The notes under the pieces are model-generated. The model was given only the letters and a program-made list of their open reading frames with translations. It made no database searches and was not told the origin of the DNA. From Flaccisagitta enflata (lineage: Eukaryota), in contig OZ231126.1 in NCBI GenBank assembly GCA_965153355.1, forward strand, positions 25,544,001-25,608,000: a DNA stretch of 64,000 nt, written 5' to 3'. Each line of letters opens with the position of its first letter. Position 1 is the stretch's first letter. Shown piece by piece: positions 23,801 to 36,990 of the stretch. The position numbers were made by a program, and so were the translations under genes.

Positions 23801-26349
23801 AATTCCAACTTTCTGTCCGCGGATCCTCAAAAGCAGCCATACTTTAAAGTCACGGACCAGCAACTCCATTATAAGAGGCTTCATCTGTCTGTCAGTCCGT
23901 CCATTAGGGGTTCAATCCAATAAGTTGAAAAAGTACAAACATACACATTTCCACCCCTGCCCACCCATCCGCGACTAGTATTGGCCATGTATCTAGCCTT
24001 GTTAAATACAATCACAGTAAAAGGTATAACAAATTTGTGTCAGACTTTGCTTGTGAATAGACAAAATATCTAAATAAGTCTTATATTCTTTTTTAATTGC
24101 TGTGTCGGTCCACTGGTTCATCTGTCAGTCGATTGAACACATTTTCTAATTTTAGGTCATTCCTAGATAGTGTTGCGCTGTGCATGTGTTAGGGCTGGTC
24201 AATATAAAAGTTGAATATCGATATTGAGCAGTAATTTGTGGTATTATGGATTTTTAATGTAAGCCAGCAAGGCACGCAACCTTTGCCCCCGTGAAAATTT
24301 GAAAGTATGAAAGATAGGCCTGTTCATAATTCAATTCCCCCCCCCCCCCCGAAAGGAATAGATGAAAATAATAGATTTTAAAATGGGACGCAACGAGTTG
24401 CGGAGAAGAAAATCAAAGGCAGGGGGGGAATTAAAAGCGACTCAAGTACATACACCCCTGATGTAAGATGAAGGATTTTTTGTATGGAAGCTTTTTTGAT
24501 GGTTGACAAAATTGTAGAATTGAAAGAAGCTCGGAAAAAAACATCTATCAACTGGCAAATTGAAGTTTGTGCAATACAACTAGACGTTTCTGTTTTCATA
24601 ACAAGGCAATGTTTAATATTTTATGTTGGCTTTCCTTCACCAGTTAACTTAAACCACTTCTTTTACTTAGAGGTTGTTTTCAGGGTTGTCCCTTGAAAGT
24701 AGAGGCACTATTATTCATCTTGGTCAATTGGTCCATTGGTCCGTCCATAACATTTTTGAATTGCACCTGCCAAACTGTCCACATCTGGGTTGCCATGTAT
24801 CTGGCCTTGTTCATAAGGGTCCCTCATTAGTTCATGTTATGTATGAGTTTGAAATACCGACAATAAGTTTACTATACCAAGGATAAGCGAAAGCGATTGA
24901 AAAGCCTCATTTCAAAATCAAACTCAGACAGACAGAACGATAGTTGAGCTCACATCAAAATTATTACTAACTAGTATGTTTCCAAATCTGTGTTTTTATA
25001 CATTCAAAAAAAAAGTATGCCACTCGTTCCCAGGGCAGATAGACAAGAGAATAATGTTGACCCAATAATGTTGGGTCACCTTTGTAAAAATTAGCCTAAG
25101 CAAAAAAACAAAAAAACAAAAAAAAAAACACAGGGGAATTTTCTCCTTCCCCTTCTCCCCCTCCTCCTCCGTCCCCCCTCCCCCAACCTCCAGGCCCATA
25201 TCTAAGCCTCGAGGCCCATATCCCAGCCTCAAAGCCCTAATCTCAGTCAAGAGGTCCAAATCTCAGCCTAGAGGGATTTTGGCCTGACGATGGGGTTTGG
25301 ACCTCAAGACTAGGATTTGGGATTTGGGCCTTGAGGCTGGGATATAGGTCTCAACGCTGAGATATGGGCCTAGAGCATGGAGGTGGGGGGGGGGAGACAA
25401 AGAAGGAGAAAATTCAGGGCCGCTGCCCAAAAGTATGAAAACCATACATTCATGTAACCCAGTGGGATGAAATTTTTGTTGGGACCATTGGGCGACTATT
25501 GTGGATTAATCCTCCGCCAGCCTCCACTGGTGGTCAGGTAGTAGGGTTTTCAAAACCAGCAAAAATTTAAGAACATTGAAGCTTGCCCATAAAATGATAC
25601 AGTAGAATGACTTGAATTACATAAAAAAGACAAAAAAAAAATTAAGTTGAAAAAATGAACCGACGGACTGATGGACTGACTGAAGGACCGGTTGGCAGAC
25701 CGACCAATGGACAAACCATCCAACTGAACAACAATGCGCGGCAACGTATAATTACATATCCCTATGTTACTGATGCAGGGAAATGCAAAAAAGAAACAAA
25801 AAAAAAAAAAAACAAAAAAAATAAAGGCTGTTCAAATTTTTTAGTCGCGTGCTACGCGACTACATCCCGCTATGTCGGTCTGTCAGTTGGTCGGTCGGTC
25901 CCCTTTTTTACTTTTTTGGTGTTTTTTTGCTTTTGGAGCTTACAGCTCCTGCCCAGTTGCCCTGGTGACCTTACCCAGCAATGCTCCTGCCCACCCGCAC
26001 GCGACTAGGGTAGCTGTGTATCCGAGATAGTCCGTCCCGTGTTTTGGGGCGTGTCAATACGGCCATTTATGAAGCTTGTGACACAAAAAATGTGTCATTA
26101 ACCCATGAAAAATATCGTTATGACACGGCTATTAAGCACCGTTACAAAACGATCTTTTTTTGGTGTTACAACACTTATGGCATGCCGCAGTTTTGAAACA
26201 CTGTTTTGGGGGCTTTATACACGCGTTTCATACAGCTGGCATACCGATGCTAAAAAACTAAATGTAGCTACTATTTTCTTGTGTCAAGAGGCCCACTTTT
26301 TGCGTTTCTGAAACGCATAAATGTTAAGTTATATAACAACAGCATTTAG

Positions 26350-26520
26350 TGTTTCAGATACGGCCTTTTTAGCGTTTCAGAAACAGCCTTTTTGGCGTTT
26401 CAGAAACGGCCTTTTTGGCGTTTCAGAAACGCCATTTTTGGCGTTTCAGAAACGCCATTTTTGGCGTTTCAGAAACGCCATTTTTGGCAATTTAGAAACG
26501 CCATTTTTGGCATTTCATAA
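26350..26520. repeat. About 22-bp minisatellite with internal palindrome GGCGTTTC-A-GAAACGCC
   Basis: About 7-8 tandem units without spacers. Confidence 0.85.
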
Positions 26521-26766
26521 ACACTACAAGGTGAAGGAATGAAACACCACTTATAAGCGTTTGGTAAACCCAAAAAAATTGTTTTTGAAGCGCGCATTCT
26601 TATCGTAAAGGAAATGATTTTTTTTTTTTGACCAGAAAAGATAAAACAAAGCCAATACCAGTCCCTGACGGGTGGGCAGGAAATGATTGTTTTCTCCACT
26701 TGTTCACACAGACTCACAGACAGATGGATGGACAAAGCCTCTTATAGAGAAGCCAATCCGCAACTA

Positions 26767-27177
26767 CCACGCGTATCAAAAAAAAAGACGCACTTTTAAA
26801 TGGCTCATTTAGCCATAAGGATTCAGAGAAACTAATTAAAATCTTAGACCATTTTGAAGCCCTTTAAAAGTACTTTCATTTGGCGCCAATCTGGTATTTC
26901 TATCTTTTTTCGTTTAGAAATGGCATTAGTTTGAGTAAAAATGTTGCCTGTTTCAGTTTTGCAATCCCTATGTAAAATGTGCATTTTAGCAAAATAGTGC
27001 TTCTCTTTGCAGAGCTCTAGCTCCTAAACCGTTTGAGATACAGACCTGGGATTGGTCTAGAATGAAAGATTTTTTGAAAATCTTTAAAAATGACTTAACT
27101 GAAAATAGTAAGAATTATTTCTTTTATCTGTTTTATTAATAAATAAAAGGGTGCGTCTTTTTTTTTGATACGCGTGG
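26767..27177. mobile_element. Tc1/mariner-type MITE
   Basis: TIRs CCACGCGTATCAAAAAAAAAGACGCAC and its reverse complement; TA on both sides. Confidence 0.85.
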
Positions 27178-27848
27178 TAACAAGGCCAGATACAGGGCTA
27201 CACCTGTCGCGTCAGGTGGTCAGGGGCCATAATTGAGGTCAGGGGAGCATTTAGGCAGGAGCGGCATGCCCAAAAACCTAAACCTAAATGCTGAAAAGTA
27301 AAGTGTGATTGACGGACCAATGCAATGGATGAATGGATGGATGGATGGATGGATGGATGGATGGATGGATGGATGTACGGACCGACAAAGTGGGGTGTAG
27401 AGTCGCGTTGCACGCGACTGAAAACGACTAGCATACTAAAGTGGAGGAACGCAATGGATCCTTATTTTGCTTAAGAACAAGGCCAGAGACATGGCTACCT
27501 AGTTGCTGCCGGTGGGCAGGGGCAGCGATGAACAAGTCATCCAAGGATTGCACATGGTCAGCGGTGCCCAATACCACGCTTGGAGTGATCAGCTGATGAA
27601 GTAGAGTTAGAGCAAGGCAGCGGCCCCAAAGGGCCGATGTCTTGTGGACCAATGGACCAACGGACCAACGGACCAACGGACCAACGGACCAACGGACCAA
27701 CGGACTAATGGACCAATGGACCAACAGACCAACGGACTAACAGTCTAACGGACCAACGGACCAACAGACCAACAGACCAACGGACACACGGACAAACGGA
27801 CCAACAGATGAATAAAGCCTCTCATAGAGTTACATGTCCGCAACTAAA

Positions 27849-28355
27849 TGTAGTGCCGCGCTTTTCCCTTCTTACCCTCTATGATATCTGGGTTGGGTCC
27901 TTCCCTTTCCTTCTCTGGTTTTTCCCTGCTTTCTTCCTTCTCTCTGGCTGTTGGTCACGGGTCTCCTCTTCCGTGGCTTCATCTTCCCCACTTTGGCCTA
28001 CTTAAGGGAGGTGTGACTGCAGTCTGGGAGGGGCCACTACCCTTCCCCTGGCGTCTCATTTTCTCTGAGCAAGATGTCCATTTGGATATCACCTCTCTCC
28101 CCTTAGGACTGACCTCATTCTTAGGATACCCCCCCCCTCTTAGGCTGGTTATGCAGAGACGACAGATTCATTAGGTCTTAGGGTCTTGATTAGGGCTATA
28201 TTATGGTTTATTTGCCTAGTTTGGTTCTTTCTCAGTACATTCTCCCCGCGGGCTTTTAGGGATTTTCTCTAGGAGTTTTTGGCAGGCACCCCATCTTTGA
28301 GCATTCTACCCCTGGACCCCGACGATAGCATCCTCCCGCCTACCCCGGCATATCA
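27849..28355 (+). repeat. 5' LTR (507 bp)
   Basis: TGTAGTGCCG...GGCATATCA. Confidence 0.95.
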
Positions 28356-28356
28356 G

Positions 28357-28372
28357 TGGTGCTTTCGGCCGG
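28357..28372 (+). other. tRNA primer-binding site (closest to tRNA-Gly 3' ends from memory; imperfect match)
   Basis: TGGTGCTTTCGGCCGG begins 1 nt after the 5' LTR. Confidence 0.7.
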
Positions 28373-30237
28373 TTCTGGCATATTTTTCAGTATGTTACCC
28401 TAGCTAGCTGAGAATAGGACCCCACTAGGAAGTTTAGATTTTTTTTTTTTTAGTGACCATGAGACACCTGTCACTTTTGAAGACTGAGCACTGCAGGCTC
28501 TTTCAGAGAAAGGTACAAGTTTGAGGTATCTTATCCCTCCCACTCCTCTTGGCTTTACTATTTCCCTATCATGGAAGTGGTGATAGCTCGCCCACCTTAC
28601 CCCTTTTGGCACATGCTTTCCCGTAATGCCGTAGTTTAGATGGGCTCAAAAGGGCGAAAGCGGGATACACCGAGCATGATCGGACAGCCAGTACCCCGAG
28701 TCATAGTGTAGGCCGCGCTGTGATAGATGGGTGATTTTTTTCGCTAACGTTGAGGCAGTCGGCTAGTTCAATTCCCCTAGGACTCCAATCAGACTCCTAC
28801 AGTCATTGGCTGGGAGCAGATCCGGACCCCCCACTGTTGGAGCAAGAGTCTCCTGCGCAAATGGTGGAAGACGGCATGGCCTCAAGAATAAGGTGCTCTG
28901 GCACTTATTATCACTCCGCCTTCTGACTTGTTCATGGCCATTTTTGAAACCTATCAAGACGCTGATTACCCTCTTGTCTCAGCTTGTCTCTTCATCTCAA
29001 CTCACTCCTACTCCAAAGCTTCAATCATCTAACTGCAAGGTCATCTTATCTACCATCATCTAACTGTCACATCTTCTTACCCTGTCATCAATCCTTATGG
29101 AATATCATCTGATTGTCCGCACCTGTTTGGACAAATGGCGGAATCCTTCTTGGACAATTGCTCGAACATCTTGTCCAACAGAATCACAAAAGTGTCTCAG
29201 GAACATCGTTTGTGGACTGAGACTTTACCTGTGTGTCAAGACAACCCTCTACTGGCAGAACCCAATCAAAGCAGCAACTTGAAGTCAAGTCAGCAGCCCC
29301 CGCTGGCAGTTGTACACTGGTACAAGAAGAGAAGATGTACGGATATTGTTAACAATGCGACACGTTTCGATGAGAAGACAATGGTATAAAAACACTCCTA
29401 CCACGCTGTGTGGGGTGGGGTGCATCCATTTGTTTTTCTTGGACAATGGCACAGACAGTGGCATAGTACCATAGACGACGGCAAAGATAATGACAAACAC
29501 AACGGCAAAGACGATGGAAGAGGACAGTGGCGACTATGGACAGGGGCGTGCTTGAAGATACTCTGACTCGTCTCTGTGACTTATGAAAATTTTGTGATTT
29601 TGTGTACCCGTTGCCAAAGGTTACCAAAAAAAAAAAAAAAAAAAAAAAAGAGACAAATACAGCGTGCAAAGAAAAAAAAACAAATACGAAAGTGTGCAAA
29701 AAAAAGATAAGAAAAAGAAAGCGGAAGAAAGGAAAAAGTAAAAGAAATACAAATTCAAGGAGAAAATTGCAGCTGAAAAAAAGAAGAAACCGCGCATAGT
29801 GCACAAAAACCGTAAGGCAACGGGATTCTATTTCTTGCCCCCTCAAGTTTTTTTTCTCCTCTCTCTTAACATGCTCATCGTCTATGTTACGCATAGCACT
29901 GTCGCATGTTTTCCCGTTATTATTACTTTCCGTTGTATAAATTAACTCGCGTGGAAAATTGTAAAGTTATTCTTACTCCGTTTCCTTGTCTCCCTGCTCG
30001 ATTGCTAATTGTTTTTGTTACGTCGTAATGTTATATCTATTGCCGTCATTTTAAGTGTCTCGTAATAGATTTTTGTTTTCTTCTTGCGTAGACGATCAAT
30101 CTCAACCGGCGCCTGAATTATCATTTTTTGAACTCCGACATGGAACAACGTCCCAGGCCGACCACTGTGGGGAAAGGCTTAGATTACCTGTTGGTTTTGT
30201 CTTTTATTTCGCTTCATTATGCTTCTCCATCCGCCAA

Positions 30238-30503
30238 CCTATCTCGTTGGTCCTATCTCGTTGGTCCTATCTCGTTGGTCCTATCTCGTTGGTCCTATCT
30301 CGTTGGTCCTATCTCGTTGGTCCTATCTCGTTGGTCCTATCTCGTTTGTCCTATCTCGTTTGTCCTATCTCGTTTGTCCTATCTCGTTTGTCCTATCTCG
30401 TTTGTCCTATCTCGTTTGTCCTATCTCGTTTGTCCTATCTCGTTTGTCCTATCTCGTTTGTCCTATCTCGTTTGTCCTATCTCGTTTGTCCTATCTCGTT
30501 TGT
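30238..30503. repeat. 14-bp minisatellite, 19 units
   Basis: 7 x CCTATCTCGTTGGT followed by 12 x CCTATCTCGTTTGT. Confidence 0.95.
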
Positions 30504-32851
30504 CCTATCGTCCAGTCTATCCGTATGTTTGAACTATTTCTGATCAGTTTGTCTGTCCATAATTTGTCTGTCAGTCGCGCGCGGCGTGCACGTCATTCCC
30601 GCGCGTCATTCAATTTTGTTTCTTTTATTGCTAACTTCGCCCGACGCTTAGTTGCGTGGTCTGTAAACTCACTCCTGCCATGCTGTTTGGACCGGGGTGT
30701 ATCCACGTCCCCTGTTATTTTTTTTCTCTTTTGACGGAATCTTGCGGGTAAGTTCAATAAGGTACTAGTTAGTTTCTAGGATGCGTGGTAACGCAACCTT
30801 CATTAAAACACACTCCTGCCATTGTTTGGACCGGGGTGTATCCTTGTGGTAACTGCCGGAGATGGTAACTTCTGACGGACAGACAAGCGCGCACCGCTGG
30901 TGTTATTCTTTTATCTTTAGTTCCTACTTGTTCCCCTTTCCCTCTTGGTTTTGTTTCATATTGTGTACACTTTTTTTTTATAAGAACATCGGGTTTTTTT
31001 TTCTGGAGCCTTTGGGAAATGTAGATAGCCACTGGTGGGATGACTGCGGCGTTCTTGATTTCTGGGTGATTTCGGGGCTTGATTGGGTTCTTATAAAAAA
31101 AAGTGTATTGCTACCATTTTTTTTCTCCCCAACCCCCCGTTATTGATATATTTTTTCCCCCTATTTGCATCGTGTGCTTTCTCAACCTCACCCCAGGCTT
31201 TCATGTCTTTTTCTTCCCCCCCCCCCCTATAGCGCCTTGTTTATTTTGGACTTATATGTTATATGTTTCTCTTTCCTCTTTTGACCCACTAGGTTAAATC
31301 TTGACGCGAACGCGGCGTATGGGTGCGTTTCAGTTGTCCATATGGGCAGATTTTGAACCTCTTACGCCGACGTGTCCGTAAGTTTAGCTTTCATTTCCCC
31401 CTTCTTATGTTATTTTCCCTCTTGCCCTGTTAGCTTCCACCGATCTCTCCCCATTCTTTTACATCTTATATTTTCCCTCTTATGGATACCCCTTCATTTT
31501 GGTTCTATAATATTTCTCTTCATTTTTTTTCTTCGCTCCCTCTAATCGATTTCTGATTTACTCATGCTTCGCCCATTGACGTTATTCGCGTTTTGTTTTG
31601 TTTTTTGTCTTTTCTGTTTAATTTTTTTTTCCCCTCTAGACTCCCTAGGTTAAACCTGGTGTGGGCGTGACATGTGTATATATATAGGTACCAATCAGTT
31701 GCCCACTTGGGCAGAGTTTCGGAGCTCTTACGACGCCACGCTACTGTCGACGTGTCCGTAAGTTTAACCTTTATTTCCCCCTTCTTTTTTTTTCCCTCTA
31801 GCCCCGTTAGTTTCTCCCAATCTCTCCCCATTCTTCACATTTTACATTTTTCCCTATGTTTTTTTTCTCTTGCCCTGTTAGCTCCACCCGCGTCTTTTCC
31901 CCTAACACTTTACTTCTCTTCACTTTACGTTTCTTTCGCTTTTCTCTTGTTTATGGTACTTTTTCTTTTTCCTATTTTTTTTCCTCCACTTTTTCCCCCT
32001 CTGACTCGGCGCCTTGTTACGTAGTTCTTGGGCTTGTATTAGTTGCCCCCCTTGGCGTCGTTTTAGTGCACCGATCTCTCCCCACTTTCACGTCTCATTC
32101 ATTTTCTTTTCTCCTTACTTAAAGATCCCCGTTCGCGTTCGGTCCTGCGTATATTTGCCTTTGTAAGGACATTCATTCCCTTTACTTGATTTTCGATCTA
32201 GTAATTCCCCTCTCATTTGTGTTTTGGATTTCATTTGTGTCGTTTGAATTTTTCCCCGTCGAACTCGCTAGGTTGAACCTGGCGTGAAAGTGACATTTGG
32301 TTATGTATCAGTTGCCCATATGGGCAGATCTTGAAGCCAAATTGCCACCGCGCCAATTTTGCAGATGGATAACAGTTGCCCACTTGGGCAGAGCTCTGGA
32401 CCCTCCCGTCCACACGCTGTTGGTCTGTCCGTTGGTTTGTTATGATTTGAAAAAAATGATAGGGACTAAGTGTTGGCGCATCTTGATTTAGGTGAAAACA
32501 ACAACAGAAGAGTGTTCCTGCCATTCTGTTTGGACCGGGATGCTAAACATGTTTTGTTTGCCTGTGTTGAGTTTGTCCGTTTGTACGTGTACGCTGTACA
32601 CGGGCTCCACTGTCTGTACAAGTCGCTGATGTTAAGTTGCCTGGGTCACTGGTTTGGTTTGTCTTTCTCAGGACCGCCGCCTCCAAACAGGCACGAACGT
32701 ACGACCGCTGCTCGGGCCTAACCTACCCACCCCCCCTGCATTTGACCTCTTTAACCATCCCCGGCCCTCGTGGATTATTATCATTGTTATCTTGATTTTT
32801 ATTGTTGGTCATTATTACTGTCTATTTTTACTATTATTTATTCATTTATTA

Positions 32852-32936
<85 letters not shown>

Positions 32937-33031
32937 GATTAAATGATTATTATTGTTACTGTTGGTTGTTGTGCTTGTTTTTTTTTTTAGTCTGCTGTTT
33001 TGGGTGTTTTTTTTTGTTTTGTCTTGAATGT

Positions 33032-33082
<51 letters not shown>

Positions 33083-33121
33083 GTGCCTTTTGTGTTATTG
33101 CTTTTGTCTTGTTTTTTTTTT

Positions 33122-33152
<31 letters not shown>

Positions 33153-34401
33153 CGTTTTTTTGTTTTTTTTGTTTTTTTTTTGTTTTTTTTTTTTTTCTTT
33201 TTCGCCCCTGTTTCCTTTTGTGTGATTTGTTCCTTTTTTTTTTTCCTTTTTTTTTTGCTTGTTTTCTTGCTATTTTTTTCTTTTTCTTTTTTGTTTAGTT
33301 ATGTTTTTTCTTGTTTCTTACACGGTCACTATGTATCCTTGTCACGTTTAAGTTGCCTACGTGGGCAAGCATTATTGGCCGCCGCCGCGCGATTGGGCCG
33401 TGTCATGACCTGATAGTAAGCCTGTTCACTCGATCATATGATTGCTTGGTTCGTACTCGTTCCCTAAGATGTTCATTTGATCATTTGATCATTCACGTGC
33501 TTGCTTATTCCCTCATTTACTCCCTCACAGTAGGTCACGGCACGGCATACTAAGACAAATGTTGTCGCATCGGCAATTACAATGGAATGGCGCTCGGAGG
33601 AATCCTTCAAGCGATGGCTGCGCGGCGGAGTCTCGGAAGTACGCCCACGTCTTCAAATTTTCTGGGCCGAGCTTCGCCCCATTTTGGACAGGACATGGCC
33701 AGGTTTGCTCAGTCGCTCGTTCGCTCGCTTGTCCCGCGTTGGTTTGCATGTGTTCGCTTGATTGTTCATTTGTTCATGGTTGGTTCATCTGTCCATTCAC
33801 ACCCCTGTTTGGTGTTCATTCATTGGCCCATTCACGCTTTGTTCCACTCTTGATCTGGTCATGCCCTGCCCAAGTCAGTTACACGCTGAGTACGTGTATA
33901 TAAGGCTACATGCACATACGCGCCTACGGAGTTCAAGACAACTGCGACGCAATGACACAGCGTGGAGATAATGCGTCATGATCGATCTAGAGATGGCTCT
34001 TCAACGGAATTTGATACATTGGACAACTTTGCGCAGATCTTTTTACCGTTTCTGATTGTCAATGTATTCTCGCTTGGGTCATGTATGATTCTTCGCCGTT
34101 TGTGTGTCTATAAGCATACCAGAATTGTATTACTGTTACGCGGTATTGCTTTTTCATTTATTTCCCGTCCATAGTAGACAATGACGTTATTTTGAGACAT
34201 TGCGCAGTTGATCATAGCATAATTTATTTTCGTGTTGGCTTAATTGTAGTAGCGTATTGCTCGGCGTGTTACACACTCTTTAGCACACATGTGCTAGTGT
34301 GATTTTTTTTTTTATTTGATATTTTCTTAGTGATAGGAATGGGGGTCTCTTCGTCTTAGGATTAGCTACTCATTTTGACGCTGAGGACATCGTCTTGGTG
34401 T

Positions 34402-34414
34402 GAGGGGGAGCAAC
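34402..34414 (+). other. Polypurine tract
   Basis: GAGGGGGAGCAAC immediately before the 3' LTR, preceded by TGAGGACA. Confidence 0.75.
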
Positions 34415-34920
34415 TGTAGTGCCGCGCTTTTCCCTTCTTACCCTCTATGATATCTGGGTTGGGTCCTTCCCTTTCCTTCTCTGGTTTTTCCCTGCTTTCT
34501 TCCTTCTCTCTGGCTGTTGGTCACGGGTCTCCTCTTCCGTGGCTTCATCTTCCCCACTTTGGCCTACTTAAGGGAGGTGTGACTGCAGTCTGGGAGGGGC
34601 CACTACCCTTCCCCTGGCGTCTCATTTTCTCTGAGCAAGATGTCCATTTGGATATCACCTCTCTCCCCTTAGGACTGACCTCATTCTTAGGATACCCCCC
34701 CCTCTTAGGCTGGTTATGCAGAGACGACAGATTCATTAGGTCTTAGGGTCTTGATTAGGGCTATATTATGGTTTATTTGCCTAGTTTGGTTCTTTCTCAG
34801 TACATTCTCCCCGCGGGCTTTTAGGGATTTTCTCTAGGAGTTTTTGGCAGGCACCCCATCTTTGAGCATTCTACCCCTGGACCCCGACGATAGCATCCTC
34901 CCGCCTACCCCGGCATATCA
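34415..34920 (+). repeat. 3' LTR (506 bp)
   Basis: Copy of 27849-28355. Confidence 0.95.
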
Positions 34921-35341
34921 CTAAAAAGACGCTCTGCTGCGGAAGTCCAGAAAAAAGAATGCTACTGTAAATCTTTTGAATGAAAAACTTTGATTTTTTT
35001 GTTTTCTTAGAAAAATGAAATGATTTTTATTGTTAGCTCTATCTTTACTCATTTTTTTTTAGTCGCCTGCTACGCGACTCTACAACCCGCTTTGTCGCTC
35101 CATCCATCTGTCCATTGGTCCGTCAGTCCGTCGCCTGTCACACTTTACTTTTATTTTTTTTGCGGTCTTTGGCCTCACTGCTCCTGCCCAAATGATGAAG
35201 CGACCTCAAATATGGCCCCTGCCCACCCGCATGCGACTTAAGTAGTAGAGTGGGCTCAATTTGGGCATTTGAATGAACGGACGGACTCCAACAAACAAAA
35301 TTTCCAGGCTGCGTGACTTGCTTCGCTGCCCAAAAGAGAGA

Positions 35342-36990
35342 GAACAGGTCGCCTGGGGCAATATGTGGTCAGCGATACCATTGCCCTGCTCTGAGTGATT
35401 ATAACTGGAGTGAGGAAAGCAGGGCAAAGCCCGGGGGAAAGTCCTGTAGAACACAGGGGCTTGCCATCCTGCCCGAAGAAGTGATGAGATGTCAGAGTCT
35501 AAACTGAGGTCTAAGAAGCTGGAGGGTAAGGCCTGAGAATGCCAATCGAAGCTTGAGAGGGCTGACTTGAGGCCTGAGAGAGCTGGATTAAGGCTGGTAA
35601 GGTCAGAGGACTGATTTGAAGCCTGAGAGCAAAAATTGAGGCTTATTGATTTGAGGCCCGAGAGGCTTAACGGAGGCCTGAGAGTGCCAGGTTTGAGTCC
35701 CCACTTGATTGAAGACTGAGAAACCCCACTTGAGGCATTGAGGCCTGGTTTGAGGCCTGAGAGGTTGGATTTGAGGCCTGAGAGGCTAGGATGGAGGCCT
35801 GAGAGGTTGGATTTGAGGCCTGAGGTCAGATAAGGGGGACAATGGATGGACAAACGGATTAACAAAACGTAACAAACGTAACTAACAAACAAACGGACAA
35901 ACAAACGAATGAATGAACAATTTAACGAATGAACGAATTAACGAATGAACGAACGACTGAATAACTGAATCAATGAACGAATGAATCAATGAACGAACGC
36001 AACGAATGAACGGTCAAAAACAAACGAATGAACGAATAAAACGTAATGAACGTAACAAACAAACGAATGAATGCTGAACTTAACAAATGAACGCAATAAC
36101 GCATCAAACAAACAAACAAACGAATCAACAAACGTAATTTAACGTAACAACGCAACTTAACGCAATGAACGAATGAATCAACGGACAAAACTAATGTAAA
36201 CGAATTGACAAACAAAATCCTTCTGTGTTCTACAAGACTTTGTCCCCTTTGGGACCGCTGCCCAAAAAAGAGAAAATGGAGAGGCAGAAGAAAAAAGCTT
36301 CAAAAGAGACCAGTATAAGAGACATGAGCCTGAGATTTGCCAAAATTTTAAGAACAAAAGAAGAGAATGCCCAGGCTGAGATTCAGCTTTGGCCATTTTC
36401 GAAAACAATTTTATTGAAGTTTCTTATCTAAGAAATAAATTCAATTCAAATTTTTGAGAAATATCAGTTGTTTATCTTTAGAAATAGCTTCTTTTCTTAG
36501 TTTGCTCATGAAATCAGGCATTATATTAAAACAGGTCGCCCAAGGGCAATACGTGGTCAGCGATACCCGTTGCCCTGCTTTGCATGGTTGTAGATTGAAT
36601 GGAGGCAGGCAGCGCCTAGAGGAGTCTTGCAGAACACAGACTCTCTCTATTGCTTGTTCATTTCTCCACCCATCCGGCCCTCTCTCAATTTTCCAGGCCT
36701 GAAATCTGCCTCTCAGGTTTAAAATCTGCCTCTCAGCCTGAAATCAGACTGAGGCCTGAGTAGAGGATCTGAAAGCTCTGAGAGGACAGGTTTCAGGCCT
36801 GAAAGGCAAATTAAGGCCAAAGAGGCAGATCTTGCTGCTTATATGATTCAGGTGCTGAGAAGTGCAGATTTAATCAGAGGCAGATGGAGGTCTGAGAAAT
36901 AAAATTTTAACGGAGAAACAAAAACTAACGAATGAAAGTCCCCTCTCTATGTTCTACAGGACTTCTGCCTACTTTGGCCGCTGCCTAAAA
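35342..36990 (-). mobile_element. Two degenerate foldback family B elements (about 35342-36270 and 36529-36990)
   Basis: Same GGGCAGCGGCCC/GTCCTGTAGAACACAG ends, GAGGCCTGAGAG repeats and GGTCAGCGATACC tail as the other copies. Confidence 0.65.

Larger units (their letters stand above)
27849..34920 (+). mobile_element. Non-autonomous LTR retrotransposon (LARD-like), young insertion
   Basis: LTRs 27849-28355 and 34415-34920 with TG...CA ends, apparently identical except for one C in a homopolymer; TSD CTAAA (27844-27848, 34921-34925); PBS and PPT present; no gag-pol ORF inside. Confidence 0.93.

Noticed and set aside
26350-26520. Palindromic tandem repeats resembling a CRISPR array
   Set aside because: No unique spacers, no cas genes, eukaryotic context; it is a minisatellite.
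29135-29389. 84-aa ORF as remnant gag of the second LTR element
   Set aside because: No recognisable Gag motif or zinc knuckle; cannot be supported without a profile search.
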